This document shows, in pieces, positions 1 through 8,821 of a DNA stretch of 64,000 nt (positions are counted from its first letter, which is position 1; each line of letters opens with the position of its first letter). Below the pieces are notes generated by a model. That model was given only the letters and a program-made list of their open reading frames with translations. It was not told the DNA's origin and ran no database searches. Origin of the DNA: a bacterium. GTDB lineage: Bacteria > SM23-31. The stretch is taken from contig OZ244870.1 of the NCBI GenBank assembly GCA_965221205.1, forward strand, positions 1,218,232 to 1,282,231. The letters are read 5' to 3'. The position numbers were made by a program, and so were the translations under genes.

Positions 1-458
1 TTGGTATACGTGATATAGGGATCATCCAGATCGATCCAATATCCGATCCGCTCCGTAAGGTTGTCCCATTCTTGCTTATACTTCCAGACCGATTCTCGGC
101 ATTGCTTGTTGAATTTATCAACGCCATAATCAATGATTTTTTCTTTCGAGTCGAGATTCAACGCCTTTTCGACTTCAATTTCAACCGGAAGGCCGTGTGT
201 ATCCCAGCCGGCTTTTCGCTCAACGCGAAATCCCTGCATCGTCTTGTATCTGCAGATCAGGTCTTTGATCGCTCGGGAAATGACATGATGTACCCCCGGA
301 GCTCCGTTTGCGGTCGGTGGCCCTTCGTAAAAAATGAACGGTTTGTCTTTCGGCCGTTCTTGCACGGACCGTTCGAAAATTTTGTTCTCTTTCCAGAAGG
401 CAAGAATTTTAGCTTCCAGGTCGGGATAATGGACATTTGATGGTAATTTTTTAAACAT
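1..458 (-). CDS. ileS: isoleucine--tRNA ligase, N-terminal ~152 codons (gene runs off the left edge)
   Basis: Absent from the ORF track because it has no stop inside the window. My minus-strand translation from the ATG at 458 reads MFKKLPSNVHYPDLEAKILAFWKENKIFERSVQ..FIFYEGPPTANGAPGVHHVISRAIKDLICRYKTMQGFRVERKAGWDTHGLPVEIEVEK. This shows the class-I HIGH-type region and the WDTHGLP block typical of type-2 IleRS. Confidence 0.85.
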   Translation of the reverse strand, partial: MFKKLPSNVHYPDLEAKILAFWKENKIFERSVQERPKDKPFIFYEGPPTANGAPGVHHVISRAIKDLICRYKTMQGFRVERKAGWDTHGLPVEIEVEKALNLDSKEKIIDYGVDKFNKQCRESVWKYKQEWDNLTERIGYWIDLDDPYITYT

Positions 459-528
459 ATTACAGCTTCAACACATTATTGCGAATTATAGTTCTTATAG
501 GGAATAACTAAAATCATTTTTACCGAAA

Positions 529-547
529 TTCCGGTGAGATACCGGAA
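529..547 (-). terminator. perfect 7-bp stem / 5-nt loop hairpin between punA and ileS (possible weak terminator or leader element)
   Basis: TTCCGGT-gagat-ACCGGAA. On the minus strand it is followed only by TTTC, so there is no strong U-tract. Confidence 0.3.
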
Positions 548-601
548 CAGAATGGAAATTCTGAATCACAAAGTCTTAGTTAATCCATATTTTTTTCATA
601 T

Positions 602-1423
602 TCAAAGTTTTTCAATCACCCGCCTAATCAGAGTAGTCAATTTTGGTTCGGCAGTCCCGGCTATTTTGATTATTTCCTGAATATTTACCGGTTCAAGTGC
701 ATCGGGATCGCACAGATCGGTAATGACCGACAGCGCAAGCATCTTCAAACCGAGATGTACACCTGCGATAACCTCGGGAACCGTCGACATGCCGATCGCA
801 TCGGCACCGATAATTTGCAGCATCCGGTATTCCGCGGCTGTTTCGAGGCTCGGTCCCGTCATCGACGCATACACACCCTGCCTAACCGAAATGTTTTCCT
901 GCGCAGCAACATCCTCGGCGAGTGCAATCAACTCGCGGTTATACGGTTGCGACATATCAGGGAACCGCGGTCCGAGTGCATTCTCATTTTTCCCGATGAG
1001 CGGATTTGCACCGAGCAGATTGATATGGTCCTTAAGAATCATGATATCGCCCTTCGAAAAGTCAGGATTCAATCCTCCCGAGACATTCGAAATAATGAGC
1101 TTATCGGTTCCGAGACCTTTCAAAACACGGACAGGAAACGCGATTTCCTGTGTCGTGTATCCCTCGTACATGTGGAACCGCCCCTGCATCACCACGGCTT
1201 TTTTCCTGCCGAGTGTACCGAGTATGAGCTTTCCGGCATGATTTTCTACCGTAGAAATCGGAAATCCCAGTATTGTCTCGTACGGAATTTCGGTCTCTAT
1301 AGAGATGTTTTTGACAAGTCCGCCAAGTCCCGTTCCGAGTATGATTGCAACATCGGGCACGAGATCGGTTTTTGACCGGATGGTCTCAACTGCCTTATTA
1401 ATTGCGTCGAGAACACTGCTCAT
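602..1423 (-). CDS. punA: purine nucleoside phosphorylase (trimeric PNP / inosine-guanosine phosphorylase family)
   Basis: 273-aa ORF with AIILGTGLGGL, GRFHMYEGY and MSTVPEV blocks typical of PNP family I. A GGAG sits 9 nt upstream of the ATG. Confidence 0.85.
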   Translation of the reverse strand: MSSVLDAINKAVETIRSKTDLVPDVAIILGTGLGGLVKNISIETEIPYETILGFPISTVENHAGKLILGTLGRKKAVVMQGRFHMYEGYTTQEIAFPVRVLKGLGTDKLIISNVSGGLNPDFSKGDIMILKDHINLLGANPLIGKNENALGPRFPDMSQPYNRELIALAEDVAAQENISVRQGVYASMTGPSLETAAEYRMLQIIGADAIGMSTVPEVIAGVHLGLKMLALSVITDLCDPDALEPVNIQEIIKIAGTAEPKLTTLIRRVIEKL

Positions 1424-1527
1424 GAACTAGCTCCTCAGTTATCGTTGTCCGAATCGTCATGATCAGATGAATCGTCATCATCCTCGTCGATGATTTTGTC
1501 GATCAGATTAAAACCGTTATGAAATTT

Positions 1528-1734
1528 TTACGGCGGTGATTCATCCTGTTCTTCATGCTGACTCTTTATGCCGATACTTTCACCTTGGTCAGAACCCTTA
1601 TCAGGAGACGGTTTCGCTGGCTCTTCCCGCTGACGCACAGGTTCTTCTGCAGTTCTCGTCGGTTCTTCGACTGTTTTTTCGGGCATTTGAACGACAGGAG
1701 GACGTTTCTTCTGAGGTGGAAGCACTGGTTCCAC
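1528..1734 (-). CDS. Pro/Glu/Lys-rich low-complexity ORF, probably the severed C-terminal tail of DivIVA rather than an independent gene
   Basis: GTG-initiated 68-aa ORF. Its frame is actually open from 1851 down to the TAA at 1528-1530 (107 codons). It joins the divIVA frame if one copy of the 8-bp duplication at 1838-1853 is removed. Confidence 0.35.
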   Translation of the reverse strand: MEPVLPPQKKRPPVVQMPEKTVEEPTRTAEEPVRQREEPAKPSPDKGSDQGESIGIKSQHEEQDESPP

Positions 1735-1837
1735 AGATTTCTGATCTACTGGTTTGGGATTAGGTTTTGATTTTTCCTCGGAAGTTTCGGTTTCCTGTAC
1801 GTTTTCCGATTCATGCCTTTCGGAAAGCCCAGACGGA

Positions 1838-1853
1838 TAATCCTCTAATCCTC
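1838..1853. repeat. perfect 8-bp tandem duplication (TAATCCTC x2 on +, GAGGATTA x2 on -) that creates the divIVA stop codon
   Basis: Read directly: ggaTAATCCTCTAATCCTCaga. The TAG of divIVA (complement of 1845-1847) spans the junction of the two copies. Confidence 0.9.
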
Positions 1854-2342
1854 AGAAAAATTTCCTTTCCTGCGTCGCCGCTCCATATTGCTGAGTTCCG
1901 TAATTTCGTCTTCTTCAAGCTCAAGCACTGCAACCCACTCTTTCAACCGCCGAACGAACGATTCTTTCTGAGTTTTCAAAAATGCGATTTCATCCTGAAG
2001 CTTTCTGAGTTCCCGCCGGGCAGATTCGGTGATCTGTTGAGCGGAAAATTCTGCCTCACGCATTTTAATATCGGCTTCCCTCCGTGACGCTTCTTGCGTT
2101 TCTGCCGTTGACCGTTTTGCTTCGATGAGTGTTTCCTGAAGCGTCTCCTCAACCTGTTTGAAATTTTTTAGTTCCGTCTCGTACTTCAAGACTTTGTCGT
2201 CAAGTTCTTTTTTCTGCCGGAGAAGCAGCTCAAATTCATCGGCAATTATCTCGAGAAACGTGTCGACCTCAACAGAATCGTATCCACGGATAACCTTCTT
2301 GAATTCCTGATTCTGTATATCACGGGGTGTAAATTTTAACAT
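1845..2342 (-). CDS. divIVA: DivIVA domain protein (as it stands, 165 aa)
   Basis: The N-terminus MLKFTPRDIQNQEFKKVIRGYDSVEVDTFLEIIADEFELL is the canonical DivIVA signature, followed by a coiled-coil. Confidence 0.9.
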   Translation of the reverse strand: MLKFTPRDIQNQEFKKVIRGYDSVEVDTFLEIIADEFELLLRQKKELDDKVLKYETELKNFKQVEETLQETLIEAKRSTAETQEASRREADIKMREAEFSAQQITESARRELRKLQDEIAFLKTQKESFVRRLKEWVAVLELEEDEITELSNMERRRRKGNFSED

Positions 2343-2397
2343 AGTTCAATATCGTATGATTGAACAATAATTGTTTGAAATTTCCGGAAAAAAGAAA

Positions 2398-3093
2398 TCA
2401 AAGTTCCGATTCTCTCTGCTTCCTTGCGCCGAAAATCGCTCTTCCGATGCGGACTATCGTCGCTCCCTCTTCAATAGCAATTTCGAAATCATCAGTCATA
2501 CCCATCGACAGGTCATGAAGTGAGTAATCAAAAATACTCTGCCGGTTCACATCCTTCTGTATCCCTGCAAGCTCCCGGAAATAGGGACGGGCATCTTCGC
2601 TTGCTGCCTGTATGGGGGGAATCGCCATCAATCCCCGGCACCGGAGGTTTTCAAATGACTTGAGCTCTTTCAGAAACGGAATTACCTCGTCGGCATGTAC
2701 ACCCGATTTCGCTTCTTCTCCGCCGATATTCACTTCGGCAAAAACATCGATGGTGCGGTCAGCCCGATTATCGATTTCGGCAGCCAGCCGCACACTGTCA
2801 ATAGAGTGGATGATGTCAAAAATAGTTAAAACCTGCTTGACTTTATTACGCTGGAGGTGGCCGATCATGTGCCAGACGGCTTTCTGCTTCACCTCGCTGT
2901 GTTTTGCAAGGGCTTCCTGTACCCGGTTCTCTCCAACATGTTCAATGCCAAGACTAATCGCTTTGTCGACGATTTCAGCAGGATGAGTCTTCGTAACTGC
3001 AATAACTGTAACATCTTCCGGGCTTCGTCCGCTTCGTGCAGCAGCGTTTGCAATCCGCTCCTGTACAACACGAATATTATCATCAATGTCCAT
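2398..3093 (-). CDS. yggS: YggS-family pyridoxal-phosphate homeostasis protein
   Basis: Contains VIAVTKTHP (PLP lysine), [10 protein letters not shown] and a C-terminal [10 protein letters not shown] prefer the ATG at 3093 ([14 protein letters not shown]). The 30 extra hydrophobic codons of the tracked ORF (to 3183) look non-native. Confidence 0.85.
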   Translation of the reverse strand: MDIDDNIRVVQERIANAAARSGRSPEDVTVIAVTKTHPAEIVDKAISLGIEHVGENRVQEALAKHSEVKQKAVWHMIGHLQRNKVKQVLTIFDIIHSIDSVRLAAEIDNRADRTIDVFAEVNIGGEEAKSGVHADEVIPFLKELKSFENLRCRGLMAIPPIQAASEDARPYFRELAGIQKDVNRQSIFDYSLHDLSMGMTDDFEIAIEEGATIVRIGRAIFGARKQRESEL

Positions 3094-3298
3094 CAATGTC
3101 CATTGTCTTCTTAAAGGTAAAAAAACTAAATATATAAAAAATAAGGCACAAATGCAATATAATAAGAAGAGCTGAATTTGCACAGACGATAGATGTATTC
3201 TGCTTGATTATGTCACCGGACTGTCTTATTTTACGGTTTCTTATAATGATGATTGAAAACAGTGAAATTTAAATTTTACAATTGAGTTAGGGCAGGTA

Positions 3299-4300
3299 AT
3301 GGAAGGTCTCAAAGTCGGTATAGTCGGTGTCGGGCATCTCGGTGAGATGCATCTCAAGAAGCTGTTGAGTATTCCCGAAGCAGAGTTTGTCGGTTTCTGG
3401 GATAATGACGAAAACATCCGGGCTGAAAAGTCGCAAACATACAATGTTCATGCATTTGATTCGCTTGATTTACTTCTCGATGCAGTAGATGTGGTGAGTA
3501 TCGTTGTGCCGACATCCGCACACGCAGCAGTTGCTGTTGCTGCCGCCGAACAGGGTGTCCATATCTTTGTCGAAAAGCCGATAGCTCCTAATCTTGAAGA
3601 AGCGGATATAATAATTGAAGCAGCAGGGAAAAACAATGTTAAGCTCCAGGTAGGCCACATCGAGCGGTTTAATGCGGCATTCAGAAACCTAAAAAAGAAC
3701 CTCGTCAATCCCCGGTTCATTGAATCACACCGCCTTGCTTCGTTCAATCCGCGTGGACTTGACGTGTCGGTCGTCCTCGATCTCATGATCCATGATCTCG
3801 ACATCATTCTCAGCCTCATGAAATCTCCTCTCAGGCAAGTTGATACGAGTGGTGTTGCCGTAGTTTCATCCAATCCGGACAGTTTTGATATTGTTAATTC
3901 CCGGCTGACGTTTGAAGACGGCGCGGTGGCAAACGTGACCGCAAGTCGGATTTCGCAGACGAAGATGCGCAAGATGCGTCTCTTCCAGCAGGACAGCTAC
4001 ATCTCGATGGATTTTCTGACCGGTGAGGCAGAAGTGTTCCGGATGCACGACCCGGATTCTCAGGACAACGAAAACGGCATGCTGTCGGTCATGTCGATCA
4101 ATCACGAAGATTTCAATAAAAATGTCGGTTATAAAAAAATAGCCAATGACGGACGAGACTCTCTCGAACTCGAGCTCCGGTCATTTTTCGAATCGGTCAA
4201 AAACGATACCGAGCCGCTCGTGACAGGCGAACAGGCGCGCGCCGTACTCGCAACTGCCCTCAACATCGCCGCCAAAACCATTTCTCATATCACAAAGTAG
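3299..4300 (+). CDS. Gfo/Idh/MocA-family NAD(P)-dependent oxidoreductase
   Basis: Rossmann N-terminus KVGIVGVGHLGEMH, an EKP motif (IFVEKPIA) and GHIERFN. Substrate unknown. Confidence 0.8.
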   Translation: MEGLKVGIVGVGHLGEMHLKKLLSIPEAEFVGFWDNDENIRAEKSQTYNVHAFDSLDLLLDAVDVVSIVVPTSAHAAVAVAAAEQGVHIFVEKPIAPNLEEADIIIEAAGKNNVKLQVGHIERFNAAFRNLKKNLVNPRFIESHRLASFNPRGLDVSVVLDLMIHDLDIILSLMKSPLRQVDTSGVAVVSSNPDSFDIVNSRLTFEDGAVANVTASRISQTKMRKMRLFQQDSYISMDFLTGEAEVFRMHDPDSQDNENGMLSVMSINHEDFNKNVGYKKIANDGRDSLELELRSFFESVKNDTEPLVTGEQARAVLATALNIAAKTISHITK

Positions 4301-4359
4301 TTCAGTATCTAAAAATCACAATGCTTTTTAAAGATAAATATTGCATAGCTGTAATTAAG

Positions 4360-5128
4360 TTAGGTAATTAGGTCAAAAGCGGACTAACGTGAATTTTGAT
4401 TAAAGGAATGGTATAGATTTCGGTTTCTGTAATTGTATCTCCCTTCCATTTCCTTGCGGTATACCAGGCAATGACTTTTGCTGACACCATGGTACTGTAA
4501 GCGTCTTTCTTGTGCACATGACCAGAAAACCCCTCAAGGCCGTTACTATGACGACGTCCCGTGATGCACTATGTGTTATGATCGACCGTACGCTGTTTAC
4601 CAAAAAACTTCAGCGATGTATACGAACGGAACGTATCAGTGTAGAAGGCGCTCCCTTGCTCAGCGGTGTCCCTGATCTCGTTCATCAAGCGGCAGTCACA
4701 TCGTAGTAAATAGCTTCCCGTGGCGTTCCACCATGCCGAAAACCTTTGGTTCCCGTACGTTTCCCACCAAAGCAGCGTGCATCACATTCTATCTCGCCGG
4801 AAAGTCTTCTCAATCCTGAAATCATAAATCTTCTGTCGATAAAGCATCTATTTGCCTCGCACCGTCGTGGAGCCAAAACCAAGATCCATGGCAGCTTTAT
4901 TGGCAGGTATCTCCAAAGAAACATAATGCAGTAGAGCAAGATCGTCCTTGAACCGCTTCGGGCTCTCTTTACAAGAACATCGAGTACATGTAAAACGATT
5001 ATCACGCAAACGGTATAGACGATCCCCAGAACAAAAGGGATATGATGTACCAACAATAAATCTAGTGACTTTTTCTTCCATTTCAAGTATACTGTAACAC
5101 TTGATCCGAAAATAACCTAAGTACCTAA
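4360..5128 (-). mobile_element. decayed compact IS1595-family element (transposase in at least 3 frames with stops)
   Basis: 14-bp terminal inverted repeats: TTAGGTAATTAGGT (4360-4373) and ACCTAAGTACCTAA (5115-5128), 13/14 complementary. Between them, minus-strand fragments resemble the intact copy at 19.1 kb: a zinc-ribbon-like piece (YPFCSGDRLYRLRDNRFTCTRC), GEIECDARCFGGKRTGTKG (compare VEVDESYFGAKRIKGKRG) and IITHSASRD...TLTVPW. Confidence 0.65.
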
Positions 5129-5248
5129 ATTTATTTACTTGTCACTGCAAAGAACAAAGTGACGCGACAATCTCTGATTCCGTTAAGATTTAAAACAATT
5201 GAATAAAACCCCCGAAGCAGAGGTACTTTATAGACGAAAGGTATCATC

Positions 5249-5650
5249 TTGAAATTGATCGATAAACTCCGTGCACGGCGGGAAGCACAGCAATTCCTCA
5301 GCAGCCTCGAAAAAGCGACAGAGTCGGGACTGCCCGTGGAAATAACCTGTGAAGAGGTTAAAGAACTTCTCGGCAACGGCACCGAATTCATTCTGCTCGA
5401 TGTCCGGGAGAAACGGGAGTGGGACCTCGTAAAGATTGAGGATGCTGTTCTTTGCCCCATGAGCAACTTCATATGCGACATGGAAAAACTCGACAGCTCG
5501 AAACTTATCGTTACCTACTGCCACCACGGTATCCGTAGTTTCCAGGCAATGTGCATCCTCCGCAATAACGGATTTCCTAATGTTCGCAACATGACCGGCG
5601 GCATCGATCTCTACGCGCAAAAGGTGAATACGGATATGAAGCGGTATTAA
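5249..5650 (+). CDS. single-domain rhodanese (sulfurtransferase-like)
   Basis: LLDVREKREW and the active-site loop YCHHGIRS (CxxGxR). TTG start in the track. Confidence 0.8.
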   Translation: MKLIDKLRARREAQQFLSSLEKATESGLPVEITCEEVKELLGNGTEFILLDVREKREWDLVKIEDAVLCPMSNFICDMEKLDSSKLIVTYCHHGIRSFQAMCILRNNGFPNVRNMTGGIDLYAQKVNTDMKRY

Positions 5651-5741
5651 AAAGATAGACTCTAATTTTAATGCATTAGAGTCTATTGCGGCATTTAATA
5701 ATTGCAAATGATTTTAGATATAGAACTTGAAAAATAACTCA

Positions 5742-6259
5742 CTACCTATCCAAACACGTCACAACCTCACCCACATACATTCGGTGCATGGAAAGTTCGG
5801 GGAAGAGAAACATTTCTTTGAGGATTGCCGGGAGGATTGCCGGATAGAGAATGTTTTACCGGGCACGGTACTGCGTATAGATTTTCTACATATAATCACG
5901 AGCTGTGTTTCTGAAAAATAGACTGTTTTCGACGGTCCCGCAACCGGTGTGATCCCTGCCTGTTCGACTTTATTCACATCCCGTCCCAAAATCTTTCCGC
6001 TATACTTGAGCATCTCCCTATGTTTCGGCTCGAAAAATAAAAGGGTATAATAGTCCGATTTTTCCATGAATTCATACGTATACCAGTCGGGACGCACATA
6101 ACAGGTCCGCCATAGATCGCTGAATCCGCCCCAGCTTCTGGTCATTGTATTGAACGAATCCATCGATCCCGCAGTCAGCAGGAACCAGTTTCCGCCAAAC
6201 AGTTTAAACGAATTGTCTTTGAGTTCTTCAGGTTTCAGTTCTTGAAATGCCGTTTCCAT
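5742..6259 (-). pseudogene. flavin reductase-like (FMN-binding split-barrel) gene with a disrupted C-terminus
   Basis: The N-terminal 120 aa (FKLFGGNWFLLTAG..FNTMTRSWGG..YTYEFMEKSDYYTLLFF..GRDVNKVEQAGITP) fit the family. After VIICRK the expected end (KIYTQ...HRMYVGEVV..*) is in another frame: the shift is at the T4 run 5882-5885. That frame holds an in-frame TAA (complement of 5856-5858) and a 12-bp duplication. Confidence 0.6.
5820..5843. repeat. perfect 12-bp tandem duplication GAGGATTGCCGG x2 inside the flavin-reductase-like pseudogene
   Basis: Read directly from the sequence. It adds 4 codons (PAIL PAIL in the reconstructed frame). Confidence 0.9.
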
Positions 6260-6306
6260 AGTAACTTCAATAGTATCATACGTGTTAATCAGTTTGCATC
6301 TATTTT

Positions 6307-7590
6307 TTACGTGATAGATGTAAGCGATTTTTCGTGCGCTTCTATCGTCTTGTCAATATCGTCTTCCGTATGTGCTGATGAGATAAATCCGGCTTCGAAC
6401 TGTGACGGTGCCATATAGATACCCTCTTCGAGCATCGCCTTGAAATATTGTGTGAACCGTTCGGTATCACAGTTCATTGCCGAATCGAGATCGGTCACTG
6501 GTGTCCCGGTAAAGAACCGGCACATCATCCCGCCGATCCGGTTTTGCTGCATGAGGATGCCGTGCTTTTCAGCACCCTGTGCAACACCATCAGCAAGCTG
6601 TGCGGCTAATTTTTCGAAGTGTGGATAGGGATTTTCGTCTTTAAGCGTCTTTACTGTCGCCAGTCCTGCCGCCATGGCAAGCGGATTTCCGGCGAGTGTT
6701 CCCGCCTGATAGACCGGGCCGTCCGGCGCAATGGTGTCCATAATATCTGTCCTTCCGCCATATGCTCCTACTGGCAGTCCTCCGCCGATAATCTTGCCGA
6801 GGCAGGTCAGATCGGGTTTGATACTGTATAGTTCCTGCGCTCCGCCGAGTGCAACTCTGAATCCGGTTATCACTTCGTCAAAAATCAGGACAATTCCAGC
6901 TTTATTGGAAATCATCCGTAGCCCTTCGAGAAATCCATTTACCGGAGGAATAACTCCGGTATTTCCGGCAATCGGCTCGATAATAATCGCCGCAACCTGT
7001 TCCGGATTTGCCGCAACGATTTCTTGAACCGATTCAATATGGTTGAACTGAGCGATTAGTGTGTCGGATGCGGTTCCTTTTGTTATGCCCGGATTGCCGG
7101 GAATACCGAGTGTCAGGGCACCGGAACCCGCCTTGATGAGAAAACTGTCGCTGTGTCCGTGATAGCATCCGTCGAATTTAATAACCCTATCCCGCCCGGT
7201 AAACCCCCGCGCAAGCCGGACCGCGCTCATGGTTGCCTCGGTACCCGAATTGACCATGCGGATTTTGTCAATGGACGGGTATATGTCGATGATAAGCCGT
7301 GCAAGTTCGATCTCCATTTCGGTCGAAGCTCCGTAGCTCGTTCCATTTTTTGCCGCTTCGGAAACAACTTCCACAACATGCGGATGAGCATGACCGAGAA
7401 TGAGTGGCCCCCACGAGGCGACATAATCAATGTATTTGTTTCCGTCGGCATCATAAATATTCGAGCCCTCGGCACGGCTGATAAAAAGCGGATCCATATT
7501 GACCGACTTGAATGCCCGTACTGGCGAATTCACTCCGCCCGGTATATACTTTTTCGCTTCTGCAAAAAGTCTTGATGAATTTTCATACAT
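6307..7590 (-). CDS. hemL: glutamate-1-semialdehyde 2,1-aminomutase
   Basis: YIPGGVNSPVRAF, DEVITGFR and GKIIGGGLPVGAYGG. I prefer the start at the ATG at 7590 (MYENSSRLF) over the tracked 7635. Confidence 0.92.
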   Translation of the reverse strand: MYENSSRLFAEAKKYIPGGVNSPVRAFKSVNMDPLFISRAEGSNIYDADGNKYIDYVASWGPLILGHAHPHVVEVVSEAAKNGTSYGASTEMEIELARLIIDIYPSIDKIRMVNSGTEATMSAVRLARGFTGRDRVIKFDGCYHGHSDSFLIKAGSGALTLGIPGNPGITKGTASDTLIAQFNHIESVQEIVAANPEQVAAIIIEPIAGNTGVIPPVNGFLEGLRMISNKAGIVLIFDEVITGFRVALGGAQELYSIKPDLTCLGKIIGGGLPVGAYGGRTDIMDTIAPDGPVYQAGTLAGNPLAMAAGLATVKTLKDENPYPHFEKLAAQLADGVAQGAEKHGILMQQNRIGGMMCRFFTGTPVTDLDSAMNCDTERFTQYFKAMLEEGIYMAPSQFEAGFISSAHTEDDIDKTIEAHEKSLTSIT

Positions 7591-7641
7591 AATATGCTTC
7601 CCTATACGAAAATAAATGTAGTCATTCTGAAACAACCATAA

Positions 7642-8581
7642 TCAATTAAAAGTGTTGCGCATCCACTCAATTAGCTGAACCAAAACTACCATATAAATAA
7701 AATGAGCAACATAGAGAGCGGTTTTTAGGCTGAGCTGATATTCCTGCTCAGTCCTCTCTATAAAATAATCAAGATTTTTGTCAAATTCACCACTAATTTC
7801 CTGAACATTAAAAAGAGTTGTTAATTCTGCTGAAAAATAAGGATTTTCACTGATAGCTTCGGATACTTTTTCACCTCTTTCAACACGTATCCCGATGGCA
7901 CGAATTCTATCGGCATAGATTTTGTTTTGCACTGCATTGCCAATAAGCTGAAACACGTCGGCAATCGGAATTCCTGACTGGAAGAGGGGAATAAACAATT
8001 CGGCAAATTGTTTGTTGAGTATTTTTTTGTGCATTCCGCCAACATACCACAGTTTCAGTCGGTTGGTGTCCCAGATCATCTTACCGGCGCCTTTGGTGAA
8101 AAATGATTTTGCCAGATCATATAGTAAAATCGCTGATATAAAAACCACAACACCTGTAATTATCATTTGCTCAGTAAGAATAATTACCAAAAAGCGAGAA
8201 AAACACTGCCGGATGCGATTAGTGAAAAAAACAATCTTCGGATACCTTTGAGAATTTTTGATTTGCAACCGGAGTTTTTTCACTTTTCAGATATTTCGAT
8301 AACCGGTTGAGTGTCTCCTGCAGAACGCCTGTAATTTCAGTAGCGTATATATTTTTGATATAATATTCAGGAAAGATTTCAGGGTAGTTTTTGATAGCCT
8401 TTGAAAGCGGGTTGCCTTTTTCAAGATCGAGAGCAATAGGATATGCAGCATTTTTTATTTCTTTGCTTAGGGAAACATTATTTGATTTCCGCTTAAACAG
8501 TGCGTGAAAAAAAGCTTGACTGGTTTTATCGACTTTGAAGAGTATTTGCACATAAGCTGTTTGAGATTTCTCGAGATGCAA
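7642..8581 (-). pseudogene. type II secretion / type IV pilus platform (GspF/PilC, T2SS-F domain) -like protein, split by a frameshift in an A6 run
   Basis: Two ORFs (8219-8581 and 7642-8283) each carry one T2SS-F-like repeat: GNPLSKAIKNYPEIFPEYYIKNIYATEITGVLQETL and GEKVSEAISENPYFSAELTTLFNVQEISGEFDKNL. They overlap at the homopolymer 8275-8280. A one-base change would fuse them to about 320 aa. This could be a sequencing error. Confidence 0.6.
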
Positions 8582-8636
8582 ATCTATTGAGATATGAAAA
8601 CTCTAAATGACAAACGAAAGTTACCGAGGCCTAATC

Positions 8637-8690
8637 ATTCCATTAATGTGCAATAATCAATGTAATTGTTCTGATCTCGATTAATGGAAT
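8637..8690. repeat. perfect 11-bp inverted repeat ATTCCATTAAT / ATTAATGGAAT separated by 32 nt
   Basis: Read directly. It lies in the 240-bp gap between hemB and the T2SS-F-like gene, with no U-tract on the transcribed (minus) strand. Confidence 0.5.
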
Positions 8691-8821
8691 TTTAACTCTG
8701 TTGATGATTGTTCAGTATTCGCAATGATAAAAATAGAAGAAATTATATTAGGACATTCCCAGTAACAGATAAAGAAAAAAATGTATCAGAACGTTTCAGT
8801 TCCGGAATTTTTTGTAACTCA

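Noticed and set aside
72-440. 122-aa + strand ORF at the left edge
   Set aside because: It lies antisense to a much better minus-strand reading, the ileS N-terminus with its HIGH region. It has no recognisable motifs.
723-1375. 172-aa and 206-aa + strand ORFs
   Set aside because: They are antisense shadows inside the purine nucleoside phosphorylase gene.
3448-3972. 174-aa minus-strand ORF
   Set aside because: It is antisense to the Gfo/Idh/MocA gene, with a Ser/Thr/Arg-rich shadow composition.
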